Positions 19,973-28,993 of a stretch of DNA of 64,000 nucleotides are shown in pieces. Within the stretch, counting starts at the first letter, position 1. The number at the start of each line of letters is the position of its first letter. The notes under the pieces are model-generated. The model made no database searches and was not told the origin of the DNA. It saw only the letters and a list, made by a program, of their open reading frames with translations. Made by a program: the position numbers and the translations under genes. The stretch comes from Candidatus Fraserbacteria bacterium. GTDB taxonomy: Bacteria > Bipolaricaulota > Bipolaricaulia > RBG-16-55-9 > DRXL01. The DNA lies in assembly GCA_947085185.1 (NCBI GenBank), contig CAMTVK010000001.1:1-64000 (forward strand), in the 5' to 3' direction.

Positions 19973-21606
19973 CAGGCCTTCATCTGGCTGTACTTCTCTT
20001 GGAGGGCTTTGACATCAATCTTCTGCAAGAGCACTTGCGCAGGTCCCAATTTCGCCCCCGGCTCGACCGTGAGCACATCTTCAAACGTGGGGTGCTTCAC
20101 CCCCAGGATCGGGTACGCTTGCTGCGAAAACCTTGGCACAAACGGTTCTAAGAGAATCGTGATGGCCTTGATTAATTGCAGGGCTGTGAGCATCACCTCG
20201 GGCTTATGGCTCTCCCACGGTCTGTGTCTCTGCATGTATTCGTTGCCTAAGACCGCCAAATCCCCCACGCGGCGCAGCGCCCCGGCCAACAGCCCCGCCT
20301 CGATGATGCTCTCATAGTCTTCTTTGACGGACTTTATCTGCTTAAAAATCTCTGGGTAGACATTCGCTTGCGGGTAGACGCCCCCATAGCTGCGATGAGC
20401 CAGCGAAACTGTGCGATTCAAGAGATTACTGATATTATTAATCAATACGCCGTTGACGGCGTTGTCCACGTCCTCCCAACTGAACTCGATATCCTTGCGC
20501 TCTGGGCGGTTGTAGAGCAGATAGAAGCGCCAGTAGAGCGGGTCCATCAGTTCTACCGCGTCGTCGCTGAAGAGCCCGACCTTCTGAGATTTGGAGAATC
20601 GCTGCTTGCCGATCCATTGTAAGTGTTCGGTCGCCGAGATCTGATCAGGCAGATGATACCCATCCCCCGACGCCAACAGTTGTCCTGGGAAGATCAGCGT
20701 GTGAAAAGTGATATTGTCTTTCCCTTGGGTGTAGACTTGCTTGACGTTGTCGCCGAACCAGAACTCGCGCCAGCGCTCGGGTTCCTTGCGTCTCTCAAAG
20801 TACTCGATCGTCGCTGACACATAGCCCAGGGCCGCTTCACCCCAGACGTAGATGACTTTGCCCTCAGCGCCGGCAAACGGCGCGGGAATCCCCCAGCTCA
20901 AGTCGCGGGTGACCGCGCGAGGTTTGAGTCCGTCTTTGAGCAGTCCCTCTGTAAAATTCTTGACATTGGGAGCCCACTCTTGGTGCGCGCTCACGTACTC
21001 GCGGAGCTTTGGCTCGAGCTTGGGGAGATCCAAATACCAATTGCGCGTCTTCGCAAACGTGATATTGCTCTGCTGGCAGATCTGGCATTGGGGCGCTAGG
21101 AGCTGTTCAGCTTCTAAGAGCGCGCCGCATTGAGAGCACTGATCCCCATAGGCTCGCTCGTACTTACAGCGTGGGCATGTCCCTACAATAAACGAATCTG
21201 CCAAGAATTTCTTGCAGTTCTGACAGTACGCGCGCTCCTCGTCCTTGGTGAAGATATAGCCGTTGGCTTCCATCTTTTTATAGATCTCTTGGACGAAGCG
21301 CTGATGGACCGGCGAGCGCGTGATCGTGTAGTTCTCCAAAAAGATATCGAACTTCTGGAGCGTCTCGACGATCTGATTATGGACGTGCTCGACGAGCTCT
21401 TGCGGGGAGATGCCCCGCTGGAGGGCTTCAAACTCCATGCGCGTGCCGTGGGCATCGGTGCCGCTGACGTGGACGACCTCATGCCCTTTCATCTTATAAT
21501 ATCGAGCGAAGACGTCCCCAGAGAGCAAGCACCCAATGAGCGTGCCCAGGTGGGGCACGTTATTCGCATACGGCCAGGCGCTGCAGATTAAAATCTTTTT
21601 GGCGAA
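19972..21606 (-). CDS. metG: Methionine--tRNA ligase (two Zn knuckles, FSKS motif, no C-terminal dimer domain); start codon uncertain
   Basis: SAWPYANNVPHLG (HIGH-like), GTDAHGT, four CxxC pairs, GKDNITFH and FSKS. The frame extends upstream of the listed GTG at 21558 to a stop at 21613-21615. Confidence 0.95.
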   Translation of the reverse strand, partial: FAKKILICSAWPYANNVPHLGTLIGCLLSGDVFARYYKMKGHEVVHVSGTDAHGTRMEFEALQRGISPQELVEHVHNQIVETLQKFDIFLENYTITRSPVHQRFVQEIYKKMEANGYIFTKDEERAYCQNCKKFLADSFIVGTCPRCKYERAYGDQCSQCGALLEAEQLLAPQCQICQQSNITFAKTRNWYLDLPKLEPKLREYVSAHQEWAPNVKNFTEGLLKDGLKPRAVTRDLSWGIPAPFAGAEGKVIYVWGEAALGYVSATIEYFERRKEPERWREFWFGDNVKQVYTQGKDNITFHTLIFPGQLLASGDGYHLPDQISATEHLQWIGKQRFSKSQKVGLFSDDAVELMDPLYWRFYLLYNRPERKDIEFSWEDVDNAVNGVLINNISNLLNRTVSLAHRSYGGVYPQANVYPEIFKQIKSVKEDYESIIEAGLLAGALRRVGDLAVLGNEYMQRHRPWESHKPEVMLTALQLIKAITILLEPFVPRFSQQAYPILGVKHPTFEDVLTVEPGAKLGPAQVLLQKIDVKALQEKYSQMKA

Positions 21607-21632
21607 GGCAGATCACCCTTTCGACGGGAGAG

Positions 21633-21661
21633 AGTATAGCTGATACATCTCAGTCCAGCAA
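21633..21661 (-). promoter_or_regulatory. metG promoter
   Basis: TTGCTG-17-TATACT on the minus strand. Confidence 0.55.
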
Positions 21662-21693
21662 GGACCTGCGTGCAACGTTGGGCATTGGCGCTC

Positions 21694-21722
21694 TTGACAC
21701 CAATCCCCTTAAAGATTATAGT
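21694..21722 (+). promoter_or_regulatory. hicBA promoter
   Basis: TTGACA-17-TATAGT. Confidence 0.75.
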
Positions 21723-21731
21723 GAAGACGCT

Positions 21732-22037
21732 ATGGCCAAGCGTAAGGTCGCCGTCAAGCGTGACGGTCTGAAGACCTATATCTTCCGGGTCGTGCTCGAA
21801 GAAGATCGCTGGCCCGATGAGCCCCCTCGTGCTGCTGTCTGGCGCGCTTACGTGCCCGTGCTGGAAAGCCGCGGGGTGGCCACGTGGGGAGAGACTCGCG
21901 CGGAGGCCCTGAAGAATCTCCAAGAAGTGCTCGAAATGGTCATTGAGAGCATGATCGAGCACGGAGAGCCTATCCCTGAGGGTCCTCCAGGTGAAGTCGA
22001 GGTCGTCCATGAACCACGCGTGAGCATTATGGTATGA
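21732..22037 (+). CDS. hicB: HicB-family antitoxin
   Basis: YVPVLESRGVATWGETRAEALKNLQEVLEMVIE…GEPIP. Confidence 0.9.
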   Translation: MAKRKVAVKRDGLKTYIFRVVLEEDRWPDEPPRAAVWRAYVPVLESRGVATWGETRAEALKNLQEVLEMVIESMIEHGEPIPEGPPGEVEVVHEPRVSIMV

Positions 22038-22262
22038 TCCCTCTCGACCCGACAGATTATCAGTGCGTTAGAGCGTGATGGCTTTCGCCTTGATCGAGTT
22101 CGAGGTTCTCATCATCACTACTGGAATCCCGATGGGCGACGTGTGACGGTCATTTATAAGCACCCAGGCCAAACCTTCAAAATGGGCACGCTGCGCAGCA
22201 TTATCGAAAAGCAAGCTTGCTGGACGGAAAAAGATCTGAAGCGCCTGAAGCTCTTGAAATAG
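22034..22262 (+). pseudogene. hicA: HicA-family toxin with broken N-terminus
   Basis: IISALERDGFRLDRVRGSHHHYWNPDGRRVTV…GTLRSII lies in a frame with no start codon. The overlapping ATG at 22034 is out of frame. Confidence 0.8.
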
Positions 22263-22349
22263 CGCCTATGTCGTGAGCCTGCGGGGCTGCAATGAGTGCG
22301 ATCCGCAAGCTCGTCCTCGTGCGCAAGAGGCGATACTGACCCTCAGCTC

Positions 22350-22595
22350 TCACCCATGCGGCCAGGTCTCCTCAAGGCGCGCGATCTCTTGACGTGCTTG
22401 AGCGACCTTCTTCTGAAGCCACTCTAAGAGCACATCCAACTCCGCCCAGCGCTGTACATATTCCTCGCTGCCTAGAGGGAGCCGCCGAAGCTCGCGCATA
22501 GACAGAACGTAACGCTCATTGAGCTTGGCGATCTCTTCTGTCAATCTCTCAAGTTCCGCCGAGGTCCACTCCGGCGAAATGTTCCCGTTATTCAT
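22350..22595 (-). CDS. Small helical hypothetical protein
   Basis: 81 aa, ATGA overlap with the pepF stop, GGAG SD. Confidence 0.6.
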   Translation of the reverse strand: MNNGNISPEWTSAELERLTEEIAKLNERYVLSMRELRRLPLGSEEYVQRWAELDVLLEWLQKKVAQARQEIARLEETWPHG

Positions 22596-24391
22596 CGTCG
22601 CTCCGTGAGGCGTTCGAGCTGCTCGACGTAGCGCGCCATGAGCGCAAACGTCCGCTCGACGGGCTCTGGCGACGCCAGATCTACCCCGGCAAGCTTGAGC
22701 GCATCTAATGGGAAGAGCGAGCCGCCCGCCTTCAAAAATTCTAAGTAGCGCTGCGCGGCTCCGGGCTCGCCCGCTAAGACCCCTTCAGCAAGCGCGTGCG
22801 CCCCAGAGATCCCCGTCGCGTACTGATAGACGTAAAAATTCGCATAGAGATGGGTCGCAAACTGCGCCCAAGTGATCCCTACTCGGTCTCGGTCCATCAC
22901 GACTTCATCGCCGTAGCCCTCGGCGAAGAGATCAGCCATCAGATCAATCAGAGTTTGCGCAGAAAGCGCCTCGCCACGCTCGACGCGCTCGTGAATCTCC
23001 AGTTCAAAGCGCGCCAGCGTGGGCATGATGAAGAAATATCTGTGAAAGTTGGCCATCGCCTCTTCGATGACTGTGATGTGGAAGTCCGGGTCTTTTTGGG
23101 TCTTTAAGAGATAGTCGCGCACCATCGCTTGATTGAAGTTGGACGCGACCTCCGCGACAAAGAGCGAATAGCGCGAGTAGATAAAGGGCTGGGTCTTCCA
23201 AGTAAAATACGAATGGAGCGAGTGTCCGAGCTCATGGGCCAACGTGCTCAAGCTGAAAATATCGTCGTTGTAGCTCATCATGATAAACGGGTGCGTCCCC
23301 GGCGCCCCCGACGAGAACGCCCCCATGCGCTTGCCCTTATTGACGGCATAGTCTACCCAGCGCTGCTCCAGCACCCCCGTGCGCAAGACCTGCACGTACT
23401 CGTTCCCGAGGGGCTTCATGCCCTCACAAATCCATTCGACGGTCTGCTTGAAGGGTATAGTGAAAGTCTTCTGGGTGAGCGGCGCTCTGGTGTCGTAGAC
23501 GTACAGTCTATCATAGCCCAAGGCGCGCCGGCGCATCCTCCAGTAGCGATGCCAGATGGGCAGGTTCTTTTTGTATGTCTGAATAAGATTATGAAAGACT
23601 TCAACGGGGATGTGACTGGACAAGAGCGCCGCTTCCAGAGCGGATTTATATTTTCGTGCGCGGGCCATGAAGACGTTCTGCTTCACCCCAGCGGCGAGGC
23701 AATTGGCCATAGTATTTTTGAACGCTAAGAACGCGTCGCAATAATTCTCCCAGGCAGTCCGGCGCACCTCTCGGTCAGGATGATGCAGCAACGTTCCGAT
23801 GGTGCTGTGAGTGATCTCGTGGCCTCCAGCAGCGGCCTTAAAAGTCAGTTCAGCGTCTGAGAGAATGCCGTGGGTCGCCGCGGCAGTCCGAAACGGGTCC
23901 ATCACTTGTCGCAGAAGCTCTTCGACTTCCGCCGAGCGAATATGCTCCTTGCGGCGCTCCAGCTCGTCAAAATAGTGCCCGTAGATCGCGAGTCTCGGCT
24001 CTTCTTTCGTCCAGCGACGGAGCTTCTCAAACCCAATGTTGAGCAGTTCCGGCTCGGCAAAAGCCATCGCGGCCATCACACGGGCGAAGACCCCGCGAGC
24101 CCGATCGTTCTTCGCTGCCGCTTCTTGATCTGTGGTGTCTACGTGATGCTGCATCCCCGCGTAGACTATGATCTTTCCCAGGCTGCGCCCGACCCGCTCG
24201 ACCATGTCGAACCAATCGGCTAAGACTGTGGGGCTCTCCCCCAAACGTCCGCGAAACGACGCGATCTGCGGGAGCTGTTCCGTGACTCTTTTGATCTCAT
24301 CTTCCCAAGCGCTATCAGAGGGGAAGACGCTCTGGATGTCCCAGGTCTGCTCGACGGGGACTTGGCTGCGTGGCAGAACTTGTTGCGCCAT
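22592..24391 (-). CDS. pepF: Oligoendopeptidase F (peptidase M3B)
   Basis: [33 protein letters not shown] and FYVYQYATG motifs. Confidence 0.95.
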   Translation of the reverse strand: MAQQVLPRSQVPVEQTWDIQSVFPSDSAWEDEIKRVTEQLPQIASFRGRLGESPTVLADWFDMVERVGRSLGKIIVYAGMQHHVDTTDQEAAAKNDRARGVFARVMAAMAFAEPELLNIGFEKLRRWTKEEPRLAIYGHYFDELERRKEHIRSAEVEELLRQVMDPFRTAAATHGILSDAELTFKAAAGGHEITHSTIGTLLHHPDREVRRTAWENYCDAFLAFKNTMANCLAAGVKQNVFMARARKYKSALEAALLSSHIPVEVFHNLIQTYKKNLPIWHRYWRMRRRALGYDRLYVYDTRAPLTQKTFTIPFKQTVEWICEGMKPLGNEYVQVLRTGVLEQRWVDYAVNKGKRMGAFSSGAPGTHPFIMMSYNDDIFSLSTLAHELGHSLHSYFTWKTQPFIYSRYSLFVAEVASNFNQAMVRDYLLKTQKDPDFHITVIEEAMANFHRYFFIMPTLARFELEIHERVERGEALSAQTLIDLMADLFAEGYGDEVVMDRDRVGITWAQFATHLYANFYVYQYATGISGAHALAEGVLAGEPGAAQRYLEFLKAGGSLFPLDALKLAGVDLASPEPVERTFALMARYVEQLERLTERR

Positions 24392-24429
24392 TAAGATCAA
24401 CACCCCTCACGAAAATAATTTCTTCGATT

Positions 24430-26175
24430 CTAGTGCATTACCACACAGAAGTCCAGGCCGCGCAGCTCCAAGGGCTTAGAATTGTCAGGCGCATGCACGA
24501 CCATGCGCCCGCGCTCACAGTACGGCAGAATCTTCTGATAGCGCGGCGGCGCCCCAGCCAGCTCGGCCATCTCCCGCTCCATCCCCAAGAGAATCCGCGT
24601 GCTGATCTGCGCCAACACCGTCTCGTTGACGTCTTGAGGACTCTGCGTGATCAAGACCAGCGCTAACCGATGCTTGCGCCCCTGCTTGGCAGCTTTAATA
24701 AATTTGTCCACAATGATGCGATCCTGCTGCATCTGATCTTTCGTAAAGTAGCGATGCGCTTCATCAACTACCAAGACTATGGGAAATCGCTCGATCCGTC
24801 TCCCCCAATCTGTGGGTGCGCTCTTGAGCTTCGCGTCGGCGATCATCGAGAGAATCGCGAGGACGACAATGCGCTCGGCGTCAGGGCTGAGGTGCTTTGT
24901 CGCAAAGACACTGATAGCGTCCTCAGCAAAGATGTCGCTGTAGAGCTGGATGAGGGGATTGGCCCCCTGATCGAAGATTCTTGCAAATTGCGGTCGGTCC
25001 ACGCGGCGCTGCAATGCTTGAAATGTCGCCGGATGAATGCGCCCGTTCTGCTTGTACATCTCCAGCGTCGCGGGGTTGTCCACAAATTCCAAAAACTCTT
25101 GGTACGTGCCATGCTCGTGCTCATAGAAGAAATCACGGACTAACTGCACCAACGAAACGTATTGATTCTCGTCGAGCTCCCCACCTGCGATCAAGTACGG
25201 GAAATCTTTGACGAGCGCAAACGGAATGGTGAAGTTCGTGTATTTCGGGCAGCCGCTGTAGCGCGGCTCGCCTTCGACAGCAGCATAGACTGTCAGTTTG
25301 TCCTTCACACCGCCAAACTTCACCCCGTGTCCCAAGAGCATCTCTTGGTCTTCTTTAGTGAGATAAGGGTTATCTTCGCGCATCTTCCAGTATTCGTTTT
25401 CTGGGTCAATGATCACGATGCACGGATGGCGCTGCTCTCCGCCGCGCCGCTCCATAGGATAGACGGACCCCACAATCTGACGTAAGAAGTTCTTGGCGAC
25501 GTGGGTCTTGCCACGCCCGCTCATCCCTGCAATCAGCACATGTGTGAAGATCAAGGGATCGCCCGTCTTTGTCTCGTCATTAATCAGATAGTACGGCACG
25601 TACTGGTTCTGTCGAGTCTGGATGTACTCGCCGTTGACCGCGACAAATCCCAAAAAGAGCCCATCGTCGGGGATATCGAGCCCGATCTTGACTTCGTCCT
25701 CGCCCGTCACTTTTCGGACGATCGTATTGGGCTTAGGGATATAGCGCACTTCGAGGGCTTGGTGTTGTGGGCCGATCATGGAGATCGGATTTAAAATGGC
25801 CGTCTCGATATAGTCGTCCTCACTGAGGCGATCCGCCCCGATGAGGACATGCACCTCGCTCATGTCATCGAGGGCATCCCGTTTGCGATAGCAGAGCTGC
25901 TCCACACTCGCAAAGATTTTATAGTCTTTGTAGCCCAACGGGATGACCACGTAATCTCCCAGGGCGAGGTCGTTGCGCTTCTCCTCAGGGAGATAGACTT
26001 CGATATGGGTCTTCTTATCTTCCGTGGCGATAGAGAGCTCTTCGGCGATGCAGATTCTGCCGATCTCATCGGGGCCAAGGGGATGAGCGGCCAGCGATGC
26101 GCTGCTCTCCCCTGCGGGGTTCTCCGTGTGGGAGCGGATGCGAAGCCGCCGTTCCAGTTCAGCTTGGTCAGCCAT
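24430..26175 (-). CDS. HerA-like ATPase/DNA translocase with N-terminal HAS barrel
   Basis: GDYVVI barrel, HVLIAGMSGRGKT Walker A, IIDPENEY, LVVDEAHRY Walker B and QGRKHRLALVLITQSP. Confidence 0.85.
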   Translation of the reverse strand: MADQAELERRLRIRSHTENPAGESSASLAAHPLGPDEIGRICIAEELSIATEDKKTHIEVYLPEEKRNDLALGDYVVIPLGYKDYKIFASVEQLCYRKRDALDDMSEVHVLIGADRLSEDDYIETAILNPISMIGPQHQALEVRYIPKPNTIVRKVTGEDEVKIGLDIPDDGLFLGFVAVNGEYIQTRQNQYVPYYLINDETKTGDPLIFTHVLIAGMSGRGKTHVAKNFLRQIVGSVYPMERRGGEQRHPCIVIIDPENEYWKMREDNPYLTKEDQEMLLGHGVKFGGVKDKLTVYAAVEGEPRYSGCPKYTNFTIPFALVKDFPYLIAGGELDENQYVSLVQLVRDFFYEHEHGTYQEFLEFVDNPATLEMYKQNGRIHPATFQALQRRVDRPQFARIFDQGANPLIQLYSDIFAEDAISVFATKHLSPDAERIVVLAILSMIADAKLKSAPTDWGRRIERFPIVLVVDEAHRYFTKDQMQQDRIIVDKFIKAAKQGRKHRLALVLITQSPQDVNETVLAQISTRILLGMEREMAELAGAPPRYQKILPYCERGRMVVHAPDNSKPLELRGLDFCVVMH

Positions 26176-26225
26176 AGACTCCCCCCTCTGCTGAAATCCC
26201 TTGTATGTTATATTATCATAAAGCC

Positions 26226-27086
26226 ATGAGCAAGACCGTGGAAGCCTTCGCGAAGATCAACCTGGGCTTGCGCATCTTGGGCCAGCGCCCCGACGGCTAT
26301 CATGAGATCGAGACGCTCTTTCAGAGCATAGATCTCCACGACACGCTCACCATAGAGCGCATGCAAGAGCAAAAGATCTCCTTAGAGATCAAGAGTCCGT
26401 GGGTGCTGCCCAACGGGCGAACAAATCTCGTCTATCGTGCTGCCGAAGCCGTGCTGGCGCACGCGGGGGTGAGAGCTGGGGTGCGCGTCTCTCTCACCAA
26501 GCGCATCCCTGTGGGGGCGGGTCTGGGGGGAGGCTCAAGCGACGCCGCAGCGACGCTTGTGGGAGTCAACGAGCTCTTTGGGCTTGGGTTGAGCGATGAG
26601 CAGCTTGAGGTGCTCGCGCGGCAGCTGGGCAGCGATGTCCCGTATTTTTTGCGAGGGGGGCTCTGTCGCGGGCGGGGCCGGGGCGAGATTCTCGAAAGAC
26701 TTCCTTCACGCTGGGAAGAGCAGATGTTCTTGCTCGTTCAGCCGGACTGCGCTCTCTCTACGGAAGAAGTCTATCGTGAGCACGATCGTTTGCTTGCGCA
26801 AGGATGGCGGCCGCCGGTGGCTCGGCTTTGGGATGGCATGGACTGCGCCAACGATCTGGAAGACGCAGCCATACGGCTCTGTCCGATGCTGCGCGAGCTG
26901 CGTCAAGCTGTGCAAGCCCTGCACCCCGATGTGTGGGGCATGAGCGGCAGCGGCCCCACGTATTATGCTGTTTGGTCGTTGCCAGCTCAAGCCGAGCACG
27001 CAGTTCAAGTGCTCACTCAGAAGGGCTACACAGTCTATTGTGTACACCCAACCCCAAAGGGCTATGAGCTTGCCAAAGAGACATAA
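26226..27086 (+). CDS. ispE: 4-diphosphocytidyl-2-C-methyl-D-erythritol kinase
   Basis: AKINLGL, KRIPVGAGLGGGSSDAA, LGSDVPYF and MSGSG motifs. Confidence 0.96.
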   Translation: MSKTVEAFAKINLGLRILGQRPDGYHEIETLFQSIDLHDTLTIERMQEQKISLEIKSPWVLPNGRTNLVYRAAEAVLAHAGVRAGVRVSLTKRIPVGAGLGGGSSDAAATLVGVNELFGLGLSDEQLEVLARQLGSDVPYFLRGGLCRGRGRGEILERLPSRWEEQMFLLVQPDCALSTEEVYREHDRLLAQGWRPPVARLWDGMDCANDLEDAAIRLCPMLRELRQAVQALHPDVWGMSGSGPTYYAVWSLPAQAEHAVQVLTQKGYTVYCVHPTPKGYELAKET

Positions 27087-27121
27087 GTCCATTAAGATAC
27101 TTCATAAGAGGGGGAACAGAG

Positions 27122-27376
27122 ATGACTCAAGTGAAAGATCTCACACCAGACGAGCTTCGGGAGTTTGTCGAGCACATAGTCGAGCAGAAGTTATGGGAGC
27201 TTTTGGGAGACCCCGACGAGGGGTTGGAGCTCCGGAGCGAAATAAGAGAGCGCTTGAAGACGAGCTTGGCTCGTGAACGCCAGGGGAGTCGCGGCATCTC
27301 TGCCTCAACTGTTGCCAAAAAGCTCGGTCTAGAAGAGATGAAGAACTGTGATCTGTACGGATCTCTCGCTGGGTAG
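27122..27376 (+). CDS. Putative orphan antitoxin-like small protein
   Basis: MTQVKDLTPDELRE…LGDPDEGLELR pattern typical of small proteins found upstream of RelE-type toxins; good SD. Confidence 0.6.
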   Translation: MTQVKDLTPDELREFVEHIVEQKLWELLGDPDEGLELRSEIRERLKTSLARERQGSRGISASTVAKKLGLEEMKNCDLYGSLAG

Positions 27377-27386
27377 AGTTCAGTTG

Positions 27387-28199
27387 CTAGCTCCTGCGAT
27401 GGATTATGGTCTTTAAAAGCACCACGCTGCAGAGACTTATCACGCCAATCACAAAGATGAACACAACGTTCATCGATAGTTCGGTATAACCTAAGGCAGT
27501 AGCGAAGACAACGTACTGCATTACGCCCACCATTGTGATCACAAGTAGCTTCACTCCAAAGAGCCCCAATTGCCATAAACGCTCAGTATAGCCGCGACTA
27601 ACGTAAGTGAGGAAAATATACATAAACAGTTGAATGAAGACGAGTCCATATCCCCGGTACCAACGCTTCTCTTCCCAATGGTCGGGTTTGCCTGTCAAAT
27701 CGAAGTGTGTTGGGATTTGATCGGGGAGCTGGGGATAGAAGTAAGCAGTCAGCATGAGCGTCAGCAACATAATACCCCAGACCAAGCATTCCCAGGGGAA
27801 GGTCAACGACCTTGAGAGTTCCAGTCGTAGCCTACCGGCAGGTAAGCTGGGTTGCGCTATGGGATCCTCGTTGGCAATTTGGCCAGCCAAACGTGCATAA
27901 TACCAGAGCAATCCCCAGATGCTTGAAAGGGAAACCACTCCATAGACTGTAAGAGCTACAAATGTGGGCCAAGTGTGGGCCAAGATAAAGCCAACAAGGC
28001 CAGCACTCAAGCCGAGCGTTCCTAAAGGTAAGGCAATGCGACCATGCACCTCCTCCCATGCTCGACGCGAACGCAAGGTGGCACGCGTTCGGAAACCAAG
28101 AATGGGATTCTGCGGGATGCGTTTCAGAAGAGGCGAACACAGACCGATAATACCGAGAAATATTCCCAATCCTGCAAGAATGTAAAAGTTCCATTCCAT
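27387..28199 (-). CDS. SdpI-family / DUF1648 membrane protein
   Basis: N-terminal NPILGFRTRATLRSRRAW (SdpI) and C-terminal LPDQIPTHFDLTGKPD (DUF1648). Confidence 0.8.
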   Translation of the reverse strand: MEWNFYILAGLGIFLGIIGLCSPLLKRIPQNPILGFRTRATLRSRRAWEEVHGRIALPLGTLGLSAGLVGFILAHTWPTFVALTVYGVVSLSSIWGLLWYYARLAGQIANEDPIAQPSLPAGRLRLELSRSLTFPWECLVWGIMLLTLMLTAYFYPQLPDQIPTHFDLTGKPDHWEEKRWYRGYGLVFIQLFMYIFLTYVSRGYTERLWQLGLFGVKLLVITMVGVMQYVVFATALGYTELSMNVVFIFVIGVISLCSVVLLKTIIHRRS

Positions 28200-28296
28200 C
28201 TCCCGGTATCACTCCCTTCTGTTAGATCTCCTTTGAAAGTGCTCTATGAGCTCCGCTTTGCTAAGCTCCGCTAGCGGCAAGAGGTCTTCAATACTT

Positions 28297-28659
28297 TCAA
28301 ATAGGCAAAGAACGCACTCGAATTTGATTCTCTCGCACAGAGACGATCGCCCCTTGAGCCAGATCCGGTTGCGCCTGCTGCAAGACCTGCTCAAGATGGC
28401 GATTGACCGAATCCGGCCTCATATCGGCCAGGCGAAAGATGATGACACTGGGAGAGATCGCGTTGCTTAGAGCTAGTAGCTGAGCAAAATCTAAATCATG
28501 GGTCAGCACGGTTCGTCCTTCATTGCGGGCTTTTTCCAAGATCTCAGGATCGGACAGACGTTGCAGCCCTTGCTCACGGAGATGAACAACATCATGCCCC
28601 GCTTGGCGCAGGTATCTGATACTGCCTATCGAAATACCCATGTCGGCCAAGAACTTCAC
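28297..28659 (-). CDS. DUF5615-family PIN-like toxin (VapC45 type)
   Basis: MKFLADMGIS…GHDVVH…SDPEIL…LTHDLDF. Confidence 0.9.
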   Translation of the reverse strand: MKFLADMGISIGSIRYLRQAGHDVVHLREQGLQRLSDPEILEKARNEGRTVLTHDLDFAQLLALSNAISPSVIIFRLADMRPDSVNRHLEQVLQQAQPDLAQGAIVSVRENQIRVRSLPI

Positions 28660-28661
28660 AG

Positions 28662-28895
28662 CTAGACCTTCACCTCGTAGACCCGATCTTCCGCCAACCA
28701 AGCCGCGTATTTCAGCGCTTGCTGGATGTCTTCCGGCTCTAAGTCCGGATACTCCTTGATGATCTCTTCTGGGGTCATGCCGTTGGCGACTAGGGTCAAG
28801 ATGAGCGAGACTGTGATCCGCATCCCGCGGATACAAGCCTTGCCGCCCATGATTTGCGGATCGAATGTAATTCGATCAAGCCCGGCGATCTTCAT
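28662..28895 (-). CDS. DUF433 antitoxin (VapB45 type)
   Basis: RITFDPQIMGGKACIRGMRITV…EYPDL…ALKYA. Confidence 0.92.
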   Translation of the reverse strand: MKIAGLDRITFDPQIMGGKACIRGMRITVSLILTLVANGMTPEEIIKEYPDLEPEDIQQALKYAAWLAEDRVYEVKV

Positions 28896-28993
28896 GATCA
28901 CTCCCCCTTTGCAAAAGTATAGCAGACGAGACAAGAGCTAGCCAATCGAGTTGCCAGTTGCATACAGACCTTGGTAAACTTCAGGATAGTTCT

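Noticed and set aside
21588..22010. 140-aa minus-strand ORF as a possible metG N-terminal part
   Set aside because: Antisense to hicB, in a different frame from metG and without MetRS motifs. A metG promoter lies inside it.
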